DNA of 64,000 bases from Thiobacillus denitrificans (GTDB lineage Bacteria > Pseudomonadota > Gammaproteobacteria > Burkholderiales > Thiobacillaceae). How positions within the stretch are numbered: the stretch's first letter is position 1; each line of letters opens with the position of its first letter. The notes under the pieces are model-generated. The model saw nothing but the letters and a program-made list of their open reading frames with translations. It did not search any database and was not told where the DNA came from. The stretch spans positions 38,283 to 102,282 of the forward strand of contig DDRS01000021.1 of assembly GCA_002343685.1 (NCBI GenBank). The letters are read 5' to 3'. Shown piece after piece: positions 10,643-19,943 of the stretch. The translations under genes were made by a program, and so were the position numbers.

Positions 10643-11920
10643 ATGATGCGCAGGCAATCCCTCATCGACCAGGCCATCATTGCCCGTAATATTCTGCAGG
10701 TCGTGCTCCCGCTGCATCGCTTACGGACCTCGGCAACCAGGCCCATCCTGCCGGAAACGCCCACACGTTTCGCCATCATCGCGGGCGATGTCACTGACCC
10801 CGCCAGTTCCTTGGGCGACCTGGCCATGTTCAGTGCCTTGATGCAATCGCTTCGGGCGCAAAATCCGGACTCGATATTCACCATTATCGGTGAACGCCGC
10901 CACACCATTGTCATACCCGGAATTGGCGAGACGCCGGTCGTACCCGCATGGTCCGGGAAAACCGGAACGCGCGCTTTCGACGAATTGATACGCCTGCACC
11001 ATGCCTTGTTTGTCATGGGCGCCGATATCCTGGACGGCAAATACGGTGCAGCCCTGGTACAACGCATCGTCGCCTACTGCAACCACAGCGTAGCGCTCGG
11101 CATTCCAGCCACGATGCTGGGTTTCAGTTTCAATTGCAACCCCAGAGCCCCGGCGGTTCACGCCCTGTCGAGATTGCACCCCAAGGTAACCGTCAATATC
11201 CGCGACCAACCGTCTCTTGACCGCTTTGTCCGGATTGTCGGCATACCTGCCAAGCTATGCGCCGACAGCGCCTTTCTGATGCCTCCCGCCACAGACTCCG
11301 AGCCCGAAACTGAAGCCTGGATCGCCGCTATGCGCCGTGAAGGTCGCACACCCGTGGGCGTCAACCTGAATGCCCACGCCTTGGCGCCCGCCATTGCCCA
11401 AGTGGGTATGGACAAACTGATCGATCACATCGCCGAACAGCTCAGGCATGCGGGCGTACAGAACAGACTTGCCTTCCTGCTGCTGCCACATGATCTCAAG
11501 TTGCAATCAGGCGACGTCATCATGCTGAAGGCACTCGAGAGTATCCTGCAACAGAAGGGCTTCGCACACGTGCGCTATACATCGATCGATCACCCCGACA
11601 AAATCAAGCGACTCACAGGCCAGCTTGACCTCGCCATCACTGGCCGTATGCATTTGGTCATCGCCTCATTGGGTAGCGGAACGCCTACGCTGTCGATTAC
11701 CTACCAGGACAAATTCGAAGGCCTTTACCAGCACTTCGACCTGTCGCTCGAACACACCATTACCCCGATACAATGTCTCAGCGACGAGTTCTTGAGGAAA
11801 ATCAACGACGCATTCATGCATAGGCATGACAATCGCGCACGGATACTCAGCCGCCTGCCAAGAGTAAAAGCACTGGCTTCGCGAAACCTTGCAATCTCAA
11901 CTTGCGACCCCGCCGATTAG
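10643..11920 (+). CDS. Polysaccharide pyruvyl transferase family (WcaK-like)
   Basis: SLGDLAM, GADILDG, IRDQPS, ADSAF, ITGRMH..I, ITYQDKF. Confidence 0.85.
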   Translation: MMRRQSLIDQAIIARNILQVVLPLHRLRTSATRPILPETPTRFAIIAGDVTDPASSLGDLAMFSALMQSLRAQNPDSIFTIIGERRHTIVIPGIGETPVVPAWSGKTGTRAFDELIRLHHALFVMGADILDGKYGAALVQRIVAYCNHSVALGIPATMLGFSFNCNPRAPAVHALSRLHPKVTVNIRDQPSLDRFVRIVGIPAKLCADSAFLMPPATDSEPETEAWIAAMRREGRTPVGVNLNAHALAPAIAQVGMDKLIDHIAEQLRHAGVQNRLAFLLLPHDLKLQSGDVIMLKALESILQQKGFAHVRYTSIDHPDKIKRLTGQLDLAITGRMHLVIASLGSGTPTLSITYQDKFEGLYQHFDLSLEHTITPIQCLSDEFLRKINDAFMHRHDNRARILSRLPRVKALASRNLAISTCDPAD

Positions 11921-12159
11921 AAGCCAATAAGCCAACGCATCAATTACTACAAACCAACCAGACCATCATTACAAAATCAGGAGAGGTGATGTTTATCCGG
12001 GATATCCAGGCAAAACATACCGAGCAGGCACTGAAGCTCTATCGTTTACGCCCGTTTGCCAAGAAACTTCTAGGTAGAAACTGACGCGATTCCACACGTG
12101 GATATATGAGTCACGGTCACAATGACAGCCTATCCAGGCCAGCAGCCCAGCCATCCCAG

Positions 12160-12966
12160 ATGAAATGCCATCTTTGCAGCGCAGAAACCAGGATCATGTT
12201 CACGGCGGAGATTCTCCACAAATACATGGTTCCCTATCACTACTGTGCAGCGTGCGACCACCTGTTCGTCAGCAACCCCACCTGGATGGAAGAAGCCTAT
12301 TCGGATGCCATCGTGCAGGAAGACACAGATATTGCTGCACGGAACATCTTTAATGCGTTGAAACTCGCTGCAATCGATTTCCTGGTCCTGGGCGATCGCG
12401 GACGGGGAAAGTACGTCGACGTGGCGGGTGGATACGGCCTGCTGACTCGCCTGATGCGCGACCTGGGATTCGACTACTACTGGTCTGATCCCTATGCAAA
12501 CAACCTCTATGCGAGAGGCTTCGAGTACGATCCCTCGCTAGGCGGCTGTCTGGCTGTCAGCGCCATCGAAGTCCTGGAGCACACGACCAATCCGCTCGAT
12601 TTCATACAACGCACCCTGGCCGACCACCAGTCCGACACCTTCATCTTCACGACCGAAGTCTTCGCCGACAATGATCCGCCCCTGCCTGGTCACTGGGGTT
12701 ATTACGCATTCGACACCGGCCAGCACATCGCTTTCTTTTCCCGCCAGGGGCTGACGCGCCTGGCCGAACGACTGGGCATGACTTACTACCCGCTGGGGCG
12801 TCTGCATGTCTTCTCGAAGAAAAATCTGCCGCGCTGGAAACTCAAACTGGCCAGCCACAAATGGCTAGCCATCCTCCTCGCATTAATTGCGGCATCACGA
12901 CTAGGCTCCAGACGCGCCCGGGATCAGGCAATAATACGCAACCGAACGAACCGGCCACAGGCATAG
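12160..12966 (+). CDS. Class I SAM methyltransferase with N-terminal Cys motif
   Basis: CHLC...CAAC, VDVAGGYG, IEVLEH, GQHIAFFS; alternative start 12106. Confidence 0.85.
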   Translation: MKCHLCSAETRIMFTAEILHKYMVPYHYCAACDHLFVSNPTWMEEAYSDAIVQEDTDIAARNIFNALKLAAIDFLVLGDRGRGKYVDVAGGYGLLTRLMRDLGFDYYWSDPYANNLYARGFEYDPSLGGCLAVSAIEVLEHTTNPLDFIQRTLADHQSDTFIFTTEVFADNDPPLPGHWGYYAFDTGQHIAFFSRQGLTRLAERLGMTYYPLGRLHVFSKKNLPRWKLKLASHKWLAILLALIAASRLGSRRARDQAIIRNRTNRPQA

Positions 12967-12974
12967 AGCTTGCT
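12959..12974 (+). promoter_or_regulatory. Sigma-54-like promoter upstream of flippase
   Basis: AGGCATAGAGCTTGCT (GG-N10-GC, TTGCT) about 48 bp above ATG 13022. Confidence 0.5.
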
Positions 12975-13021
12975 ATTCAATAACCCATGCTCCCATCTAA
13001 CACCCTAGTATTCAAAAAAAA

Positions 13022-14488
13022 ATGAGCCTTGGTCATTCCATCCGCCATGGTGCCAAGTGGGTCTTCATCGGCAACACCGGCAGCCAGGTTGTCAACTTCG
13101 CGCTGGGGCTGATACTCGCGCGCCTCCTGGTTCCGGCCGAATTCGGCATGGTGGCGACCATCCAGATCTTTACCAGCCTGGCCGGGTTCGTTGCCGGAGG
13201 CGGGATGGGACAAGCCATTGTGCGTGCCAAGGAAGCCAGCAAACGTGACTACGATCTGCTGTTCACGCTGCAATTCCTCATCGGACTGGCCATCGTCAGC
13301 TTCTTCTTCGTCATCGCCCCCTGGTTCGGGCGCTGGTACGCCAATCCCCTGTATGCCGATCTGCTGCGCGTGGCCGCATTGTCTTTCCTGGTACGCCCGT
13401 TTTTCAATGTACCCAGCAACATGCTGCACCGGGAAATGCGCTTCAAGGCCAAGACGGCGGTACAACTGGCCAACCTCGCGGTCTACAACAGCATTGCCCT
13501 GAGCCTGGCCTACCTCGGCCACGGTCCCTGGAGCCTGATCCTTGCCGGCCTGTTCAGCTCGATGGCGGGCGCCTTTCAGTTTGCCTGGTATGCGCGTTGG
13601 CGCCCCGGCATCTGTTTCGATTTTGCGCGCGCGGGTGAACTGATGCGCTACGGACTCCTGGCTTCTACCAACAACATCGTTTGTTACATACGTGTGCAGT
13701 TGCCCACCTTCATCCTGTCCCGTAGCCTGGGACCGGCCAGCGTGGGGCTATACAACAAGGCTGAAAGTCTGGCGGCGCGTCCGCATGGCTTCATCACAGG
13801 GTCAGTATACGAAGTCCTGTTCCGCGCGCTGGCCAAGGAGCAAGACAACCTCGACACATCCCGCTATCTGTTCTTTCGCAGCCTTACACTGGTCGCCGTC
13901 TATGCCCTACCGTTCTATATCGGTTTTCTGTGGCTGGCAAAACCGCTGGTGGTGACGCTGTTCGGCCATCACTGGGCCGACTCGGCCGGCCCCCTTATGA
14001 TCCTCAGCCTGGCCGCCCCCTTGATGATGATCGAGAATCTATCCGGCGCCGTGCTGGCCGCGCGTAGCTGGTTGGGTAAGGAACTGGTCGCACAGGTCGT
14101 CATGATCGGCGTTGCCGCGGCCGCCATCCTGGTCGGCCTGCCTTACGGATTGACTGGCGTGGCGACCGGCATGGTCTTCGCCCTGTTCTATCTCACCCTA
14201 CACATGTTCTGGCTCGCCAAGCAGTCACTCGATGCCAGTTGGATTGACCTGGCTCGATCTTTCATGCCGGCAATGCTCCTCAATGCCATCCTGATTGGCA
14301 CTTTGTGGCTTGCCAATCATGCCATCCCCCCATCCATCCAATCGGTCGATGCGCTGTACGTGTTGTTCATGACGGCCGCGGGCGGACTGGTTTATGCGAT
14401 CTGTTTCCTGTATCTGCCCATCTCGGCCCTTGCGTCGGAAACCGCCCGCTGGAAAATCAGACTCAAACTCGCCAAAGCGCCCGCATGA
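13022..14488 (+). CDS. wzx: Wzx-type polysaccharide flippase
   Basis: LARLLVPAEFG start motif, many TM segments, LGPASVGLY. Confidence 0.9.
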   Translation: MSLGHSIRHGAKWVFIGNTGSQVVNFALGLILARLLVPAEFGMVATIQIFTSLAGFVAGGGMGQAIVRAKEASKRDYDLLFTLQFLIGLAIVSFFFVIAPWFGRWYANPLYADLLRVAALSFLVRPFFNVPSNMLHREMRFKAKTAVQLANLAVYNSIALSLAYLGHGPWSLILAGLFSSMAGAFQFAWYARWRPGICFDFARAGELMRYGLLASTNNIVCYIRVQLPTFILSRSLGPASVGLYNKAESLAARPHGFITGSVYEVLFRALAKEQDNLDTSRYLFFRSLTLVAVYALPFYIGFLWLAKPLVVTLFGHHWADSAGPLMILSLAAPLMMIENLSGAVLAARSWLGKELVAQVVMIGVAAAAILVGLPYGLTGVATGMVFALFYLTLHMFWLAKQSLDASWIDLARSFMPAMLLNAILIGTLWLANHAIPPSIQSVDALYVLFMTAAGGLVYAICFLYLPISALASETARWKIRLKLAKAPA

Positions 14489-15285
14489 CCAGGATCGACC
14501 CCATCTCGCGCGCACTCCATCGTCAGGCCGGCCAGCACGGACCGGTCATCCTCATGTATCACGCCGTGATACCCGGCCAGACTGTTCCCGCATGGCCATG
14601 GGCCGTATCCATGCAGCAGTTCCGTGACCAACTCGACTTTCTCGCCACCGAAGGCTACCAAACGCCGACGATGGCCGAACTGGCCGCCGCACCCACGAAG
14701 ACATGGCAAGGGCGCACAGCCGTGATCACGTTTGATGACGGCTACGCCGACAACCTCGCCGCATGCGAGGAACTGCAGCGGCGCGGCATGCGAGCCACTT
14801 GGTTCATCGTGGCCGGCTCGGTCGGCCAGCCGCCCCGCTGGCCCGATGACGGACGCCCCGCCGGCCGTCTGCTGAACGCGGATGAATTGCGCGAGATGCA
14901 GGAAAATGGCATGGAAATCGGCTCTCATACGGTCAACCACGTGCGGCTGACCGAACTCGACGACGTGAGTCTGATGCAGGAACTGGCCCACTCCAAGGCC
15001 ATGCTGGAAGATATGCTCGACAATCCCGTCGGCAGTTTTGCCTACCCGTACGGCGACTGGGATGCGCGTTGCGTCCAGGCGGCACAACAGGCCGGCTATG
15101 CCGCGGCCTGTACCACCGAGGCAGGATGGGCGTTGCGCGACCAAACCCCCTACCAATTGCGGCGGCTGACCATATTCAATACCGACACGCCGGGCCGCTT
15201 CACGCGCAAGCTCAGTTTCGGCAGCCACGACGTGCGCTGGCGAGATCTCACCCGCTATGCACTGCGACGGCTTCGTGGCATCTGA
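14485..15285 (+). CDS. Polysaccharide deacetylase (NodB/CE4)
   Basis: ILMYH, ITFDDGYADN, EIGSHTVNH, FAYPYG; ATG 14485 overlaps wzx stop. Confidence 0.9.
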   Translation: MTRIDPISRALHRQAGQHGPVILMYHAVIPGQTVPAWPWAVSMQQFRDQLDFLATEGYQTPTMAELAAAPTKTWQGRTAVITFDDGYADNLAACEELQRRGMRATWFIVAGSVGQPPRWPDDGRPAGRLLNADELREMQENGMEIGSHTVNHVRLTELDDVSLMQELAHSKAMLEDMLDNPVGSFAYPYGDWDARCVQAAQQAGYAAACTTEAGWALRDQTPYQLRRLTIFNTDTPGRFTRKLSFGSHDVRWRDLTRYALRRLRGI

Positions 15286-16224
15286 GTGCGACCGATGCTC
15301 CCTGTCGTCTCCATTATCATGCCCTGCTACAACGCCGCGGCCCATTTGCCGACCAGCGTCGGCAGCGTGCTGGCCCAGACGGTCCCCGACTGGGAACTGA
15401 TCGCGGTCGACGACGGATCCGGTGACGCCACCCTGGCGTGGCTGCAGGCACAGACAGACCCCCGGATCCGTCCCCTCACCCAGCCCAACCAGGGCGTCAG
15501 CGCAGCACGTAACACCGGCCTGGCGGCGGCGCGCGGCTTGTATGTGGCGTTTCTGGACGCGGACGACACCTGGGCCGAGCGCTTCCTGGAAAAGATGCAG
15601 GCCGCACTGCAACATCGCCCTGATGCGGTATTGGCGTATTGCGGCTGGCAGAACCTCGGACTGCCCGGCGGACGCGGTGAGCCGTTCGTGCCACCCGATT
15701 ATGAAACCCCCGACAAGGCAAAAACCCTGTTTGCCGGCTGTCGCTGGCCGATCCATGCCGCGCTGGTCCGGCGCGAGGCCGTACTGGCTGCAGATGGTTT
15801 CGATCCCACCCTGAGAAATGCCGAGGACTACGCACTTTGGTTGCAAGTGGCGACGTGTGCGCCCATCGTCCGCGTACCTGAAGTACTGGCCTTCTATCAT
15901 TTCCACGGCAACGGCCAAGCCTCGGCTGACCATGCCAGTGCCGCACTCCAGCACTGGCAGGCACAGCGCAACTACCTGGCCTCCCACCCCGCTTTCCGCG
16001 CCGCACTCAGCCACACCGACAGGCGCACGCTGACCGTGGGTGAGTTGCTGCAACGCGGCTACACCTGTTACTGGCAGCGCGACCTGCCCGCCGCCCGGCA
16101 AATTTTTCGTACGGTCATGAAACAAGGCTATGGCACACTCACCGACTGGAAGTACATGTTGCCCGCCTGGCTACCCGAATCCTGGCATCGGAGGCTGATC
16201 GGGTTGCGAGACCGGAATACCTAA
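15286..16224 (+). CDS. Glycosyltransferase family 2
   Basis: VSIIMPCYN, VDDGS, FLDADD, AEDY. Confidence 0.92.
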   Translation: MRPMLPVVSIIMPCYNAAAHLPTSVGSVLAQTVPDWELIAVDDGSGDATLAWLQAQTDPRIRPLTQPNQGVSAARNTGLAAARGLYVAFLDADDTWAERFLEKMQAALQHRPDAVLAYCGWQNLGLPGGRGEPFVPPDYETPDKAKTLFAGCRWPIHAALVRREAVLAADGFDPTLRNAEDYALWLQVATCAPIVRVPEVLAFYHFHGNGQASADHASAALQHWQAQRNYLASHPAFRAALSHTDRRTLTVGELLQRGYTCYWQRDLPAARQIFRTVMKQGYGTLTDWKYMLPAWLPESWHRRLIGLRDRNT

Positions 16225-16234
16225 ATACAACCGT

Positions 16235-17203
16235 ATGGACAACTTCGACCCCACGCTGATCTCCGTTGTCATGCCCTGCTACAACGCCGCACCCTACGTG
16301 GAAGAAGCGATCGAGTGCGTGCTGCAGCAAAGCTACCGGAATGTCGAACTCATCGTCGTGGACGACGGGTCGAACGATGCATCCATGCGGATCGTCGAAC
16401 GTCTAGCGGCCGGCAATCCCGACCGCATCACCGTGCTGCACCAGACCAACAGCGGCCCCTATGCGGCACGCAATCACGGCCTGTCCCATGCACATGGCAA
16501 TTTCGTCGCTTTTCTGGACGCGGACGATTACTGGCACCCCGACGCACTCAACCGGCTGCACGCCGCAATGACGGAAACCCTTGCCGATGTGGCGTATTGC
16601 GGCTGGCAAAATGTGGGGGAGGCCGCTGCCAGCACCCATCCCTACATCCCGCCCGACTATGTCCAATCGGATGCCGCCGCCCTGTTCCTGCAATCCTGCC
16701 CGTGGCCGATCAACGGCGTCCTGGTGCGGCGTCAACTTATCGACACCTTGCGCGGATTTTCGGAACGTCTACCCACCGCCATGGACTACGACATGTGGCT
16801 GCGCATGCTCGCCCTCCAGCCCACGGTGGTGCGCGTTCCCGAGGTACTGGCATTCTATCGCCGCTATCCGCGCGGCGATGCGCATATCCCACGCTGGCGC
16901 CAGGTCTTCGATGCCATCGCCGTGCGCGAGGACTTCGTCCGCCGGCATCCCGCCCAGGTCGCCCATCTCAGCCGGGCTGAACGTGATGACCGGGTGTACG
17001 GTTCGCTGCTACCCGAGGCGTATCGCTGCCATTGGCGGCGCGATACCGATTCCGCGCGGCGCCTGTTCCGTCGCGCATCCCGTAAGACAGAATGGAAGGC
17101 ACGCGATGCCAAATACATCCTGGCCAGTTTCTTGCCTGCATCGGTATTCGAATCGCTGATCCGGATGATCGATACCCGGCGCAGCACGCGCAATTCCATC
17201 TGA
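16235..17203 (+). CDS. Glycosyltransferase family 2 (paralogue of previous gene)
   Basis: ISVVMPCYN, VDDGS, FLDADD; shares AYCGWQN, PPDY, VRVPEVLAFY with 15286-16224. Confidence 0.92.
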   Translation: MDNFDPTLISVVMPCYNAAPYVEEAIECVLQQSYRNVELIVVDDGSNDASMRIVERLAAGNPDRITVLHQTNSGPYAARNHGLSHAHGNFVAFLDADDYWHPDALNRLHAAMTETLADVAYCGWQNVGEAAASTHPYIPPDYVQSDAAALFLQSCPWPINGVLVRRQLIDTLRGFSERLPTAMDYDMWLRMLALQPTVVRVPEVLAFYRRYPRGDAHIPRWRQVFDAIAVREDFVRRHPAQVAHLSRAERDDRVYGSLLPEAYRCHWRRDTDSARRLFRRASRKTEWKARDAKYILASFLPASVFESLIRMIDTRRSTRNSI

Positions 17204-17212
17204 ACCGTCGTC

Positions 17213-18139
17213 ATGCCTGTGCTTACCTTCGCTTTTTGCACCTATAACCGTGCGGACCGTCTGGAAAAACTCGTTGCGGCGATGCGTGAACAAACCTGCC
17301 CGATCCCCTTCGAGATCCTCGCGATCAACAACAACAGCAGCGATGCCACGGCCGACATCCTCGCGCGCCTTGAACAGCTGCCGGGTCCGACGTTGCGCTG
17401 GGTGACCGAGCCCGTGCAGGGGATCGTGGCCGCACGCAACCGCGGCATAGCCGAGGCACTGGACAGCGACATCCTGGTTTTCATCGACGACGATGAAATC
17501 CCCCTGCCGGGCCTGCTCGAAGCTGCGGTCGACGCCATACTGAACGAAGGTGCAGCGTGTGCGGGCGGCCGCGTGGAGATGGATTTCACAACCACCGTAC
17601 GGCCGCGCTGGCTCGAAGACGATCTGCTCGGCTTTCTGGCCGCCGTCGACCATGGACCGGAACGATTCTGGATCGAGAATGCCAGCACCCCCATCTGGAC
17701 CGCCAATGTCGCGTACGACATGCGCCTGTTCCGCGACGACCCGGCCTTGCGCTTCGACATCCGCTACAACCGCGAAGGCAAGGATGTCGGCGGCGGCGAG
17801 GATGCCATGATGCTGCGTGCCCTGCTCGAGCGTAAAGTCCGGATCCGTTACTGCCCTGAAATGGCCGTGCTGCATGCCGTCGAATCCTGGCGGCTCAGAC
17901 GCGGCTATTTCTTGAAACTGCATTACCGGGCCGGCTTGCGCCATGGCCGGTTTTCCCTGCCACGCTACCCCAGCACCCTGTTCGGCGTTCCTCTGTTCAT
18001 GGTCACCCAGTTTCTGAATCACTGCGGCCGGACATTGAAGCTGGCCATCAGCGGACAGCCCGGGCTGGTCCGCCAGGCGATGAATGCGGCCCATGCGCTG
18101 GGCAGCCTGCAAGGCTACCGAAACCGGTCCGGGGCTTGA
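17213..18139 (+). CDS. Glycosyltransferase family 2
   Basis: CTYNR, NNNSSD, FIDDDE, GGED. Confidence 0.9.
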   Translation: MPVLTFAFCTYNRADRLEKLVAAMREQTCPIPFEILAINNNSSDATADILARLEQLPGPTLRWVTEPVQGIVAARNRGIAEALDSDILVFIDDDEIPLPGLLEAAVDAILNEGAACAGGRVEMDFTTTVRPRWLEDDLLGFLAAVDHGPERFWIENASTPIWTANVAYDMRLFRDDPALRFDIRYNREGKDVGGGEDAMMLRALLERKVRIRYCPEMAVLHAVESWRLRRGYFLKLHYRAGLRHGRFSLPRYPSTLFGVPLFMVTQFLNHCGRTLKLAISGQPGLVRQAMNAAHALGSLQGYRNRSGA

Positions 18140-18978
18140 CCATGATCGACGTCGCCATTCGCTTCGATGATCCATCCGCGGTCAGCGACCATGCGCTCGA
18201 GCGCGGAATATTGCATGCCATGGCCATGCACGATGTCTGCGCCACCTTTGCGGTCATTCCGCATGCCGGACAGCACGCCTTGTCGGCCGACGATGTGCCC
18301 CACCTCGTCGAGGCACGACAATCCGGCAGGATGGAAATCGCCCAGCACGGGTTCAACCATGAACCCTGTCAAGCCGAGGCCAGCCTTCCTTCCGAATTCG
18401 CCGGTCTTGATCCGGCGGAACAAACGAAGAAAATCGCGGCCGGCCGAGCGACGCTTGGACAGGTATTTGGTTGTGCGATCCCGGGATTCGTTCCGCCGTT
18501 CAATACCTTCGACCACATCACCGCTGCCGTGCTTTCCGAGCAGGGTTTCCTCTACCTCTCGGCTGGCAGCGAACACGGATCGGCTGAGCCCGGCCGTCTC
18601 ACCGAGCTTCCGCGCACCTGTCAGCTCACCGAACTCCGTCCGGCGCTCGCCGAAGCGCGACGCCATCCCCACGGCGATCTGGCTATTGTGGCCGTCATGC
18701 ACCATTACGATTTCCAGGAGTCGGGGCGTACCGATGCGCCGTTGACGCTCGAGCAACTCTCGGATCTGTTTCGATGGCTCCGCCTGCAGCCCGATGTGCG
18801 ATTGCACACATTGAGCCGGCTGGCTTCCAGGCATGACGCGAATACCTGGCGCAAGGCGGTGCAGCGAAACCGCTGGGTGCAGCGGCAGCACTGGCGCATC
18901 CGCTCCGTTTTCCCGCGATACGGCCTCATGCCCCACACCCTATTCAGATACGTTCGTTTGACTGGAACCTCCACGTGA
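18136..18978 (+). CDS. DUF2334 / polysaccharide deacetylase-like protein
   Basis: IRFDD, EIAQHGFNH, FVPPFN, VMHH. Confidence 0.8.
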   Translation: MTMIDVAIRFDDPSAVSDHALERGILHAMAMHDVCATFAVIPHAGQHALSADDVPHLVEARQSGRMEIAQHGFNHEPCQAEASLPSEFAGLDPAEQTKKIAAGRATLGQVFGCAIPGFVPPFNTFDHITAAVLSEQGFLYLSAGSEHGSAEPGRLTELPRTCQLTELRPALAEARRHPHGDLAIVAVMHHYDFQESGRTDAPLTLEQLSDLFRWLRLQPDVRLHTLSRLASRHDANTWRKAVQRNRWVQRQHWRIRSVFPRYGLMPHTLFRYVRLTGTST

Positions 18979-19943
18979 CCTCGTCTTTCTCGCCCCCATC
19001 ACGCCAGCAAGGCCCGATCTTCATCGTCGGGGCGCCGCGCTCCGGCACCACCATGCTGCAGTACCGGCTGCGCAATCACCCGCACATCTCGCTCCCCACC
19101 GGGGAGTCGCATTTCTTCATTCCGCTGTACCGCAACCTGGAAAGTTTTGGCGATCTCCGCCAGGTGGACAATATCCGGCGCGTGCTGCAAGCCATGCATG
19201 AGCAAAGCCGCGACTTCCTGGAGACCGACCTACACGGCGTGAAATTCGATGTCGACCGATTGGCCCGAGAACTTCATGCCGAAGGCCGGCACACGATGCC
19301 GGCGATCATCTCGGGGCTGTTCGAGAAAAATGCCCGAGGCGAAGGAAAATCCAGATGGGGCGACAAGACCCCCTATTACGTGATGCATCTCCCCAAACTG
19401 CTCGAGTGGTTTCCCGATGCCCAGATCGTGCACCTGATCCGCGACGGACGCGATGTCGCCCTGTCGCTGTTCGGCAGACAACACGATTTCTCCGTGTACA
19501 ACACGTATTTCGCGGCGGAATACTGAGAAAGCTACGTGGAGAAAGGCCGCGCACTGGGCAGCCAATTACCGCCCCAGCAATACATGGAGCTGCGCTATGA
19601 GGATTTGCTTGCGCACCCCGAAGACAGCATGCAACGGATTTGCACGTTCCTGGGCGAACCCTACTCGGCCGAGCTGTTTGCCGTCACGTCGGTGGACGAC
19701 CCGGGCAAGACCCCGCTGGTACATGAACCCCTGAAAGCCGACAACGCGGGAAAATGGCGCAGCAAGATGACGCCAGCCCAGATCAGGGCCTTCGAAAGCG
19801 TGGCCGGCAAGACCTTGCGCCAGTTCGGCTACGATCTGGTCACGCCGGGCACGCCGCCGGCGCTCGCCGTGAAAGCCGCCTACCGCCTGCATAACAAGGT
19901 ACTGACCCGTTTCTGGAAACGTACCCGACGGGCACTCGCGTGA
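18975..19943 (+). pseudogene. Sulfotransferase interrupted by in-frame TGA (19524-19526)
   Basis: IFIVGAPRSGTT PAPS motif, WGDKTP, HLIRDGRDV; frame continues after TGA (AAEY*ESYVEKGR...LRYEDL) to 19943. Confidence 0.85.

Noticed and set aside
19524..19580. Selenocysteine recoding of the in-frame TGA
   Set aside because: The position appears to correspond to Trp, not Cys, and no convincing SECIS hairpin follows; other genes use TGA as stop, so a changed genetic code is also excluded
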